The position numbers and the translations under genes were made by a program. The notes under the pieces were generated by a model that saw only the letters and a list, made by a program, of their open reading frames with translations, was not told where the DNA came from and did no database searches. Source: Podarcis cretensis (taxonomy: Eukaryota). Taken from it: a stretch of 64,000 nt of DNA. Shown one piece after another: positions 37,286 to 48,911 of this stretch; the first letter of the stretch is position 1, and each line of letters opens with the position of its first letter. Location of the stretch: positions 51,832,001 through 51,896,000 of the forward strand of contig OX638157.1 of assembly GCA_951804945.1 (NCBI GenBank). The letters are read 5' to 3'.

Positions 37286-37675
37286 CATACCCTCCAACAT
37301 TTCTCCAATTAAAACAGGGACATCCCATTCCATAATGATAATTTTACCATTTATACCCCACACATCTTACTGGGTTGCCCCCAACTACTCTGGGCAGCTT
37401 CCAACATATATAAAAATATAATAAAACATGAGACATTAAAAAAACCACTTCCCTATACAGGATTGCCTTCAGATGGCTCAGGGGTCAGATAACTCCATAC
37501 CCTCCAACATTTCTCCAATGAAAACAGGGACATCTTACCATACTCTCCAACATTTCCCCAATGAAAATAGGGATGACCTAAGGAAAAGCAGGACATTCTG
37601 AGATCAAATCAGAAACCGGGACGGCTTCTCTAAATCAAGGACATCCCTGGAAAATAGGGACACTTAAAGAGTCTG
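37286..37675. mobile_element. Composite hAT-like MITE with three copies of a ~38-bp terminal unit and an embedded LINE tail
   Basis: cataccctccaacatttctccaat-aaaacagggacat at 37286, 37496 and 37539; the far end (...agggacacttaaagagtctg) is loosely inverted to that unit. Confidence 0.65.
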
Positions 37676-37929
37676 AAATTGCCCACTGCTGTCTCACTCC
37701 CAGCTTTTCTCGTCTAGCAACACCACTTTCTAATGAAGCTTGGACTTCTGGCAGCAGACAGGCTGATTTCATGCCACATCAAACACAGGCAAGTGATCAG
37801 GCAAAAGTAGGAAATGAAGGCCTGGTAAGTTTTTCTCCCCTTAAAAGTACAGGAAACCCAGCCAGTGATTTGTTTTCTTGAATCTCAGAACTTTAAGGTC
37901 CAGAAGGCATTCTGCAACCATGATTTTAC

Positions 37930-39035
37930 CATAATTCAGTGGCTCTTGATACTATTGATCATAGCAGCCTCATGAACTGCTCTATGGGACAGGAACAATA
38001 TTCTACCATGGTTCTGCCCCTGCCTACAGAGTTGTGTCCAAAGGACAACATTGGGAGACTGTTTCAGCCCCGTGGTCTTTGCGCTGTGGTGCACCACAGG
38101 GTAAAATCTTGTCACTATCTATATGAAGCCATTGGATGTGGTCATTCAGAGTACTGGGGCAAAGTGTCAAAAATACACTGATGATACAGCTCTATTTCTC
38201 CATAACATCAGTGTTAAGATCTGGACAGATGTCCGGGTGCAGAGATGAGGTGCAGAGGATGAGAGCCGATAAACCTTGGGAAGATAGAGGCACTGTGGGC
38301 TAGTGGGCCCCACGTCCAGGAAATTATCTGTTTGCCTGTTCTGGATTGGGTTACTTCTGAAATAAGAGGATCCATCTTTGTCATTCGAAGGTCAGACAGC
38401 CTCCATGACTTCTATTAGCTATGACTTGTACTCCAGTTATAGCCATTCTTGTATAGGGATAGTCTGGCCACAGGGATTCATAGAATGGTAACCTCAAGGC
38501 TCAATTATTGCAACATGACCTATGCAGGGCTACCCCTGAGCCTGGTCCAAGGTTCCAGCTGGTGCAAAACACCACAGCTAGAATGTTGATGGAGACAGAC
38601 CATCACTCTAGTGGCCAAAAGCTTGCACTGGCTGCCCATATACTGCTGGGCCAGGTTTAAAGTTCTTGTATTATGTTACAAAGACCTTGGGTCCAGGAAA
38701 CCTCAGGGACTGCCTGATCTCTTAATGCCTAATTACTGAGGTCTTCAGGGAAGTCACTGTTAGCGTTTCCCTCCTGGTTCATATCCATGAATCGTATCCA
38801 CAAGGAGCAGTGTGTTCAGTTTTGTGGGTCCAATTCTGTGGAACTTCCATCCAGTTGAGGTCAGACAGGCTCCCTCTATCTTGAAGTCACTGAAGACTTT
38901 TTATTTCAGCATACTTTTTAATTTGAATTCTGATTTTATATGTTTAACTTGTTTTTAGTCTTATTGTATTGGGGTCCCCTGTGCACTGCTTAGAGGCAGC
39001 TGTGATGAAGTGGCACAAAAATTGTTAAATAAATA
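37930..39035 (+). mobile_element. Degenerate L2 LINE: reverse transcriptase domain through 3' tail
   Basis: Decayed RT motifs SVALDTIDH (cf. SAAFDTIDH), CGAPQGKILS (cf. GVPQGSILS) and KYTDDT..LYFS (cf. YADDTQLY); multiple frameshifts and stops; T-rich tail ending taaataaata. Confidence 0.85.
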
Positions 39036-40237
39036 GGCCATCATCACAGCTCTGCGACACTTGAAAACAACATTTTGCATCCAGAAGCAAGAGCATCTGA
39101 AACTTGAGTATTCCACACACGCCCTTTTTGGCAAATGGCATTCGGACTGAGGCCTGCCTCTTAAGTCTCCTTTCCAGGCTGTGGTTGTTCGATTCCTGCC
39201 ACTCAGTGGAATCGTGTGTGAAGTTTCTGATTTGTGTTGACTCCTCCAGAGTGGGAGAAAAAGCTGATCTTCAAAGGGGAAAACAGCATCAACCACTGAT
39301 TAAAGTGCAGCTTTAGCATGCTGCTCAAACGCAACTGGGTGCATCTCACATGGCACATTCTGATTAGGAGCGTGCAGAAAACTCAAAGGAAGGATTTCTT
39401 TTTCTTTTTCCAGCAAGCTGATAGGCAGAATGATGAAAGTTTAAGGGATTTTTTAATAGCTTCGGATTTAAAACACAAAATGCAATTGAACTAAGTGCAG
39501 TAAATCCAATTAGTCACCCTGGCTCTGTCCTTTTATTAGTTATTTCATTGAGTTTTAATAGGCTCTTTGGCCCTGTCTAGAACAGAGGCAAGAGGGCTTT
39601 GACCTGAGGGAGGCCTGCACCAAAAGGTACTCTGTCAAATTAGTGATGCAAGCACAGAGCTTTATCTGCAGTAGAGTGCATGGTCTGTCCACCACTTTGC
39701 TACCCTGAACCAGCAGACACTTAGTGCTCCCTCCCCTGGCCACTGACAGATTTGCAGAACTAAAGAATGGGGAGACTACATAAGCATTGTCCTGGGGCAC
39801 ATTGTTAGGAGATATATTTCAAAGACTTGGTGAACTCAGGCAGCCCTCAGACCCCAGGGGCTTCAGCACATGCAAATTCCAAAAAGGTATACCATCCAAG
39901 CTGCTGTTTGGATATGGGTATTAGTGGTACACTGAGGCAATCCCAGTAGCACACTCTCTACTCCTGTTCATTGCCAAACAATCTGACTGGCTGGTCCCCA
40001 TAGTCACAGCTGTAGTACCAGTTAGGATACAGGTTTGTTTATTCCTCCTTTGCAGGAGGACAGGGCAACTAACCAACTGCTGGATGTCCCTCCAATTGGG
40101 AGCTTTTCCATCCCACTTTCCTACTTTTCATCTTATACATGGATCTAGTACCTTATCTTAGAGTCACAGAGTATGAGTTTAGAACTGCATGATCCAAAGA
40201 TGAGAACTAGAGTAAAGTAGAAGCCCATCTCACACAT

Positions 40238-40385
40238 GGAACATAGGAAGCTGCCTTACACCAAGTCAGGCCATTGGTCTCTCAAACTTAGTATTTACGC
40301 TGCACTGATTGGCCAGCAGCACTCTAAGATTTCAGGCAGGGTTTACCCAGAAAAGCCAGGGATTGAACCTAAGACCTTCTGTATG
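40238..40385 (-). mobile_element. tRNA-head squamate SINE (Squam2-like)
   Basis: ggaacataggaagctgccttacaccaagtcaggccattggtc...ccagggattgaacctaagaccttctg. Confidence 0.7.
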
Positions 40386-40454
40386 GACATGCTGCTGCAG
40401 TTTCTGGATTTTACAAGAATCCTCACAACAAGAGTGGTTCTAGACTATGTACTA

Positions 40455-40685
40455 CAGTGATGCCTTGGTTTACAACCATAATCCGTTCCAGAGGTCCGGT
40501 TGTAAATCAAAACAGGTTGTAACCCAAGGTACGCTTTTGCCAATGGGGCCTCCAAAAAAAAAATGGGTTGTAATCCAAAAAAATAAATAAATGGGTTGTA
40601 ATCCAAAAAAAAAAAAAGAAGGGTCACACACTTTAGGGTTTGACATGGTTGTAATCCAAAACCGTTGCAAACCAAGGTATCACTT
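40455..40685. mobile_element. Tc1/mariner-type MITE related to the CAGTGGTACCTC family
   Basis: TIR cagtgatgccttggttt / aaaccaaggtatcactt, TA on both sides, repeated ggttgtaa-ccaa subterminal units. Confidence 0.75.
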
Positions 40686-41442
40686 TATGTGCAATACTTT
40701 AGGAAAGTATTGTTGTTTGTGAGCAGACATGACAAACTCCATTTCCAGATCACTCTTTCATAGCTAACAAATTGAGCCAAACATGGGTTTTGAAGGGCCT
40801 CTGCTCCAAGAGTGCTGAGTTATATGCCACATGTCAAAACTAAAATTAAGTGTGAAATTGCAGACACCTAGATTATTGAGTTAAGCATCCATGGGAGAGC
40901 AGCAGGTCACACTATGGCTCTACAAATAGGTTTTACTATATAAACATAAAGCAAAAACTGCTAAGTGTATCAACATCCCTATAAGGAGCCGAGTATTCTA
41001 GGGCAGCTTATATACAGCAGAACAAGGACAAGCAATTTTTTTGTGACCCAATGTTTACAGCAGAGAAAGGTCTAAGCAAAGGTCAGGCAAAATTGTCCTG
41101 GAAATATCATCAGTGTTACATTTAAGTGGTCACTTAAGCTAAAGGTTGCTTATTGCTGGAGTCTGCAAATGTTGTAGCTATTCACTCCCTGATAATCATG
41201 TTGTTTTATTTTTTCCATTTATTTATTGAGTAAATCGAACTAATAAAAACACAAACCATGACTGTCATGGGAACACTCCAAGGAGGAGTGATCCAGTGCG
41301 GCAGAGGAAAGGAGGGGGGTGCTGGCGTCAACTGTATTTTTACTCACAAAGCAATCAATACAGTTTAACACAAATAGTCCTTGAATGTTCCACATTGTGC
41401 ATTGCTTTCCCGGGGATGGGAGGGGAAAGTATATTAATTCAT

Positions 41443-41456
41443 TCTCTCTCTTTCTC

Positions 41457-41492
<36 letters not shown>
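41443..41492. repeat. Imperfect (TC)n microsatellite
   Basis: Pyrimidine dinucleotide run with TTTC interruptions. Confidence 0.95.
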
Positions 41493-41571
41493 GTGGTTTC
41501 ATACATTCCTTTTGGACTTATTTTCCTTCTCTCTAGAGCTTCACATCCCATGAAGGGACCTATATCTAAAG

Positions 41572-41709
41572 CAGGGCTGGGCAAACTTTCGCCTTCCAGA
41601 TGTTGTTGAATTCCAATTTCCATCAGCCCCAACCAGAATAGCCAATGGCTAGGCAAGATGGGAGTTGTACTCCGGTAGCACCTAGAGGGCGAAAGGGTTC
41701 TCAGCCCTG
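41572..41709. mobile_element. 138-bp hAT MITE
   Basis: TIR CAGGGCTG / CAGCCCTG, perfect 8-bp TSD ATCTAAAG (41564-41571, 41710-41717), palindromic body. Confidence 0.9.
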
Positions 41710-42410
41710 ATCTAAAGCATGACATAAAATAAAAACAGCTGCAAATAATTTTTAAAATAATACAAAAAATAACTGAAGATAAATTTTAAAACAATACAAA
41801 ACGAACATCAGTGGCAGAGAGACCTTTTCATTCAGATGGAAAAGCTTAGTGTGCAACAGTTGTTCTTCTGTCCTACACAGATTGGTGGGGAGGGCAAAGT
41901 CTGAAAAACGCCTGTGGTCTACAGGCAAGAGCAGGAACACTTGAGGCTAAAGCCGCCTTTTTACAACCTCTTTATTCAAACCTAAGGAGACACTGCTCTG
42001 TTATGTGGATTAGTTTAATTACATTTCGTTATTCAGCTTCTACAACAAGCAGAATCAGAATAGGGAAACTGTACATGGAGAAAAAGCTGCTGAAACTCAT
42101 GACAGACTCGTCTTCTTTTTTATCATCTCCCAATAAGACCTACAGGGGTCAGGTATAGTAAGATCACTTTTATAGGAAACATGAATTCATTATTTAAAGT
42201 CAGGTTACAGAATTTGATCTACCTATGTTTAGTACTGAGGTCAGTTGTGTATATATATATATATAGTATAAAAATCAAGCAGGCCTAAAATATACACACT
42301 AGTTACACATGTCATGTCTAGTAGATCAGTCCACATATGCCTCAGCCAATATTTATCCTCTGTGCAAAAATCCTGTAAATTCCTTTTTGAAAGCAAAAGT
42401 CTGAGAGCCA

Positions 42411-42620
42411 TTATGGGACTAGCCTCATCCCTGATGGCATTTAGACAGGCAGTGAAAGCAGTCCATGTGCCTTTAAATATATGACTGAAGGTTATTTTAA
42501 CTGTTCCATTTTGGTTCTAATGTTTTAGTTGTAGTTTTTTGTTTGGCTTTATTTTCTTCTTTTATGTAAACCACTTTGGGGACCTTGTTAGGGCAGTGTA
42601 TTTTTGAAGCAAATAAATGT
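42411..42620 (+). mobile_element. L2 LINE 3' tail fragment
   Basis: T-rich region, tgtaaaccactttggggacc...gggcagtgta stem-loop-like end, then aaataaat. Confidence 0.5.
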
Positions 42621-44298
42621 ATGTTCCTATTTCTTTAATTTTTTAAAAAATACAGGTTCATAGGTTAGTGAGACATTGCTATGGGCATAAACCCTACTCC
42701 TCTTCTCTAATTCTTTGCACAAGAATCCATTCCAAATATTCTTTTTATAAAAAACACACCAAACTGCAGGTATGCAGGGGAGTAACCTGTAATATTATGA
42801 CACAAATATTATTCACATAACAATTACAATAGCAGCAAATGAGCTATGTGGTTGAAGGACTGCATATGTCAAGGTGCAAAACACTTTGTGTGCTCAGTGA
42901 ACAGGATGCCCCCACAATCTTGAGGGAAGCTGTGATGCTTTGTTCAATGAATTTAAAACTACTGGCACCATTCCTTATCTTTTTAACTGACACGGGCTTT
43001 CCCATGCCTTTAACAGCTGTATGACAGGTGGGTCTCAACAGGTAAACCTCTTCCCATCACTGTATCTCCATGATGCAGAAAAGTCATCTGGTGGTTTCTA
43101 TCTAATACAGAGTTGTTAAATAGATGCATTCTTTGCCCATTTAGAAAAGTGGCAACCTAGGAGAAAAGGCCACACAGAGGCTACTTTAAAGTGAACAAGC
43201 AGGTGCTCAGGAATACCTTACAAAATATGTTTCATCATTGGAGATGATTTATTCACAAGTGATGTCTGCTAACAATGACAATATTCTAAATATATAATGC
43301 AAACAGGTTTCTTACCTGTTCATTATGTTGTCAAGCTGGCATGCTGCACAATTCGCTTTCATCAAAGGTACGGTGTATGCTCATTTAACCATTTGAAGAT
43401 TGTATAGATCAGTTTGCTCCTATATAGATGAAATAAACAATCAAAAATAATATTGGTCAATAATAAAAATGGCTCAAGAGGTTATCACTTACTTTCTAAC
43501 ATAGCAGGTCATTCAAACAGTGCTGAAAAAGAGATAGTTCACACAAACCACTTGCACAGTATCATATTATAAACCGAGTACATTTGCAAGATACTTGGTG
43601 CAATTTCTTTAGATGCCATTTATTATTCTACACAGTCCTCAACATCCTTATTCAGAATTTACTATCCATGGATTGTAGCAACATGGTACAGAGTAGACTC
43701 ATATTTGAAGAGTGAAAGAAGTTACCAGCAGAAATAATGGCAAATGGAAGCAATTGGGAAAGGGGTCACAGAATTGTGCAGCCTCCTCCACATTTCTGAG
43801 GCTGTTCTGCCACATTTTATGCCAAGATTAGATACAGAAACTTACATACAAAACATTTAGCAATAGATTATCTTGACCACGCCTGGGATGTGACCTACAA
43901 CACTGTTCCACACTTAACACAATAATATTTTATTATGATTTGCTGCTTGCAGACAAGTGAATCCTGCATTCTGCACATAGGCTAACATTTCAGCTAATTT
44001 TCAAGAAGAATGGCATTTCCCAGATCTACAAAAACTTCTACATCATGGTAACACTGGCCTTGGGACACTAACCTTCTGCGTCTCACCCTGCGCATCTCCC
44101 TTTCCCTGAGAGTGCCACAGAGGCTATTTCCTTCCCCCCTATGTCCGTAATTCCCATACCAATGGCTATATTGTGCCCCTTTCCATATTCTGGGACACAC
44201 ACATCAGATTTGTCATTGAAGAATTGATGATTAGGCAAGTCAGACCCCTGTAAGCCACATTGAATACAGCCTACTAGCTGTACATTGTGGCAAATGTA

Positions 44299-44504
44299 CA
44301 GTGGTACCTCTGGTTAAGAACTTAATACGTTCTGAAGGTCCGTTCTTAACCTGAGGTACCACTTTAGCTAATGGGGCCTCCCGCTGCCACTGCGCCACCA
44401 TGCAATTTCTGTTCTCATCCTGAAGCAAAGTTCTTAACCTGAGGTACTGTTTCTGGGTTAGAGGAGTCTGTAACCTGAAGCGTCTGTAACCCGAGGTACC
44501 ACTA
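44299..44504 (+). mobile_element. Tc1/mariner-type (TA-target) MITE, copy 1
   Basis: TIR CAGTGGTACCTC / GAGGTACCACT; highly similar to the copies at 47312 and 56821. Confidence 0.88.
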
Positions 44505-45630
44505 TCCTACCATATTTTTTAAGTTGCAGGCAGACAGCAAAAACAGAAGGTTCATTGAGCTCCTGCACTGCTGTGAAAGACTTGATGGGACACAACTTGT
44601 ACACATCTGAGCACAGAATTTAGTTTCGATTGGAGCAACAGGAAGCATTTTCTTAGCACATTCAAACCTAGTTCCCAACATGGGTTAGGGACACTTAATA
44701 AAGCATAAGGGTTCAAAACAAAACTTTTAGACCAGACTGTAAACTGAAGCTAAGGGAAGCTGCAGATGTTTTGAGCATTCATTTTCTCTCCCAGCAATTG
44801 CTTTAATGGGTTGGAGCTCCTGGGAGACCATTTGACTTTTGCTCATGTCTATGCCATTCCTCCCTGTCATGCTGACTGTGCAAAAGCTTAAAGCTGTCAA
44901 CAACCTGCATTCGGTATTATTTCAAGTAAAGAAAAATAAAGTGACATCTGATCTGTCAAGAGGAAGGTGGGGATTTTGTTCTGAAAAATAGAAAGCAAAA
45001 ATGTTCTGTGCAGAATCAATAGTCAAATCAATATTGTGCCCTCCCACCAAAAGCTCAGCTTGGCCTGAACTGCAGTCTTCCTCTCACTGCCCCCATCCCC
45101 CCCGGTTACAGCAACCATCCATTAAAGTGAGTGAATGGAACTTACTTTGCCAGGACCACATCTTTGGTAAGTGTTTCTGAAGCAATACAGTAATGATTAT
45201 TTTGCAGTATTGCATTTTAATAATTAAAATAAAGCACTGAGCATTATGCGCACCACTCTGTGGGAAATACTTCCCAGTAACCAGGGCCCTCAGAAAGCAT
45301 AATTCACATTAGCAGAGAGATGTTTCCACAGAGCAGAAGCCAATGGCGATAGCATAAAGGTGACCCTGACTCGTTCTCTCTCTTTCTAAAACAGAATCAA
45401 CAACCAACCTTTCAAAAACATGCTTTTCACCTCACAGAATTGCTTCTTTTCCAGTTCTTCCAATTAGAGAGAGAAGAACCTACTGCTCACAGTTACTGTC
45501 CACATTAGAAGGGAAAACCATTTGCATAAAACAAGAGTGGGGGGTAAAAGAGGAGAATGAAATATAAGACACACAAACTGCAACAGAAAATATGTAGGAG
45601 ATTGTCACAGCAAAACCAATAACAAACAAT

Positions 45631-45705
45631 CTACACCATACATTTAAAGCACTCTTAAACTGCTTTAACAGTCATGGCTTCCCCCAAAAGAATCCTGGGA
45701 ACTGT
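45631..45705. mobile_element. Fragment of the palindromic MITE family seen at 54761-55043
   Basis: caccatacatttaaagcac...aacagtcatggcttcccccaaaagaatcctgggaactg. Confidence 0.7.
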
Positions 45706-45986
45706 TGAGGGTCCCCCATCAACATTGTGTCCTCTCTCTGGTGTGGCAAGGTCAAAGGAAGCTTAATCTATTTCACCAGCAGGATTTGTTGTTTTTTTCC
45801 TCTTCAGAAGGGGATTCATGTGGTCCACCACTGGGGCACATAATACTGCTCTAATTTTCAAAATGCACAAGACACCAAATGACAAGAATTTCGCCAGGAT
45901 CTGGGAGGGAGTGTAGGGGAATGGAAGGAAATCATTAAGTAAAATTGACAGGTCTTTCACCTTACTTTGTCAGTTTCATTAGAAAC

Positions 45987-46007
45987 GATGATGATGATGA
46001 TGATGAT
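45987..46007. repeat. (GAT)7 microsatellite
   Basis: Perfect trinucleotide run. Confidence 0.95.
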
Positions 46008-47311
46008 GTGACTTCAGTGGGCTTGGTGGGCAAATAATTCAGAAAGAAATCCATTCTCATACTGTCAGTAAGAAGGTCCATTAGGTCACGATGGAATTGC
46101 ATCTGAAAAGAGTTACAGGGCAGTACGGGCCAGAACAGACTAGCTGGAGGGGTTGTGACATTTAAAGGGGGGGTGCATAACTTGAACAGTGGTAAGATGA
46201 ATTAACATGTGGGAAAAGATAATTAAACCACCTGAAAATGCATGTGTAATTTCAGCCTTAGATTTGCAAACTGCATCCTGAAGGCAGTAACAGCATTTGT
46301 AAAAGGTTTAAAACACACATTCTTTCACACCAGCCCTTAAATAAATGCTTTCCACATTGCATCTAGAAAATATTATCCTGACTGAGTATCACTTTGGAAA
46401 CAACCCACTGCTATCCTGTGAAAGAACTTTCAAATCCAGAGGGGCCTATTTTTTGTTTGCATACACATCAAATGTGGTTTATAGGAGAGAAAAGAGTCTT
46501 TATTGGACAAACACACAGCCTCTTCATTTGTGCCTGCAACACTCCAAATAGATGCCAGACCACACCTATAAGGTAAGATTTCCCATTTTTGACCAGCTCT
46601 TGTCTTTGAAAAAGTCTTTAAGGACAGCCTCCTAGCAGATGAGACAATATTAACTACTACACTTTGCACAATGATACACACACAAATTTAAAAAGTGAAC
46701 AAGCACCCCCCTCCCAGGGTTCCCTGGTTTTGAAAATAACAGGCAAATGCTCCAAAACATACTGTAATTTCTTCAGATGTTGAGAAGTCTAAACTCAAAA
46801 GATTTCCCCCCTATGTCTTTTGTCCTTCCCTTAAGTATAAAAAGTCCAATTTTGCACACCCTACATGAGGATTACTTCTGGACTTCACACAAGTCTATTC
46901 CAAATTGCAGCAAGGCCACTCACTTGACTTAAATTGGTACAGGAAAGACGAAGGACATTGCTTTAATCTATGAAGAGACACAGTTAAGCACTTTCCAGGG
47001 TTTTATGTGCAGGTTTCATAAAAATCCCAGATAGATAGATAAGATTAGGTAACGCATTATCAGAGCCAGACTCACTAATGCCTCAAGAGCAAATGAAAAG
47101 AGTCATTGACTGACTATTAAAGTGTAACAAAATTACTGACAAGGAAATGGTTGGATAGCAGAGCTATAATAATTAGCAATACTTTTAATCAAATATTTTA
47201 TATCTCTCCATCTCAACAGTGGATAAACCAGTTCCCATCTCCTGTTCCCCGCAGTAACAGAGAGATTTTTATCCATGTTGCCAACAGAGACACATCTGCC
47301 TGAAGAACATA

Positions 47312-47553
47312 CATCGGTACCTCAGGTTACATACGCTTCAGGTTACATACACATCAGGTTACAGACTCCGCTAACCCAGAAATAGTGCTTCAGGTTAAGA
47401 ACTTTGCTTCAGGATGAGAACAGAAATCGTGCTCCGGCGGTGCGGTGGCAGCGGGAGGCCCCATTAGCTAAAATGGTGCTTCAGGTTAAGAACAGTTTCT
47501 GGTTAAGAACGGACCTCCGGAACGAATTAAGTACTTAACTTGAGGTACCACTG
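47312..47553 (-). mobile_element. Tc1/mariner-type MITE, copy 2 (inverted relative to copies 1 and 3)
   Basis: TA on both sides, ends ...GAGGTACCACTG, CpG-retaining interior. Confidence 0.9.
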
Positions 47554-47943
47554 TATACACATTCTTTTTGCCTCCTCCCCCTCCAATATCTGTTTTCTAA
47601 CTTTTTCTATTGTCAAATAGTGTTCAAAATACAAACAGAAAATTAACCTTACTGTTACTAAGCCCTTTGTCAAAAGTCATTTCTAAAGAAAAGGACCAGC
47701 AGAATAAGAGAGAGGGACTACTATGTTGAAACACAAAGATTTTTTAACAGCTTAGAGTGATTGTTGGTGGTTTGGGGTGGGGGTGGGGGGGTAAAATGTA
47801 TTCTTGAAGGAGTCCAAACTGAAGGATGAAAATAAATTCCATTTTCTCACTCGGTGAGAAATTCTGAATTTCTGAATACAACCGACCCACTTATTTAATG
47901 ATTTTAATTCTGAGGTTCTTGTTAATGTTTACTTGTAATTCAC

Positions 47944-48103
47944 AGGAACAGAGAAAGCTGCCTTGTATTGAGTCAGACCACTAAGCCCTCTTATATAAGC
48001 AGCAGCTCTCTAACGGTTCAGGGTGGAGGAATCTTCACCAGCCCTACCTAAAACATAGCTTTCATTGTGGTGTCACTGTGATGCCAGGGTTTGAATCTGG
48101 GAC
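47944..48103 (-). mobile_element. tRNA-head squamate SINE (Squam2-like), degenerate
   Basis: aggaacagagaaagctgccttgtattgagtcagacca...gatgccagggtttgaatctgggac. Confidence 0.6.
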
Positions 48104-48740
48104 TATGACACCACAGGTATAACCAGCCACCCACTTCTAGGCATGACTTGTCTGGGATTTGAAGCCCAAAAGGGATCCTATCTATGTACTGAGAAACTTG
48201 AATTCATCGCGGGTCAACCTTTCCATTAGACAAAGCAGCCTGGCTCAGGCGCCTGATTTTGGGATATCATTAAAAGGAAGCAAACCATACGTGTTGTTGT
48301 TATTACGCTTTTACTGCCATACCACATGCTAGTTAGGTTTTCTGTCTTAGGTATCAAAATGTCTTTGGCCAAAAAGCTCAACAACTCCAGGCAATCCTCT
48401 CCTAAACTCCACGCACGCTCCTCCTCCCTCCAATGACAATGGGTAGATCCTTGCCAATTTTTTTGATACTGGGAGTAGATCACAGTCTCTTGGGAGTTCG
48501 ACATGCCTGTTCTACATGAACATGATCTACAGTTCAAGCTCGGTCAAATCCCTTCTTGGTCAAAGATGCTGAGCTATCCAATCAAGGGAGATTTTTAACA
48601 GAGGAAGGTCCAGAAATCTCATGAAGGATCACACAGCACAGCTCTCAGTGTCTCAGAATTTTCATTTGCCATAAAATCAAACAGCAGCCTGGACACTGTA
48701 TCACCAGATCAGTTTCCAAAACCACAGAAGAAGTCAACAC

Positions 48741-48911
48741 CGGGAGCTCACAAAGGAAGCATGGAGATAATAGTGTCCCTGTTTGTCTCAAGCAACTGAT
48801 ATTGAGATACTGTCTCTGCACATGGAGGTTCCACAGCTAATATATCTTTGTAAAACCTAAGCTCATGAATTTGTCTGAACTTTTTTTAAAAAAAACCACC
48901 TAAGCTAGTGG
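48741..48911 (-). mobile_element. Degenerate CR1 3' fragment
   Basis: Homologous to 10343-10567 (agcaactg-tatt-aga...catgaatttgtct-aa-...tttaaa...cc-a-ctaag-tagtgg). Confidence 0.5.

Noticed and set aside
37286-37576. CRISPR-like array of ~38-bp repeats
   Set aside because: Only three units with very unequal spacing (about 170 nt and 5 nt), in a eukaryotic transposon context with no cas genes.
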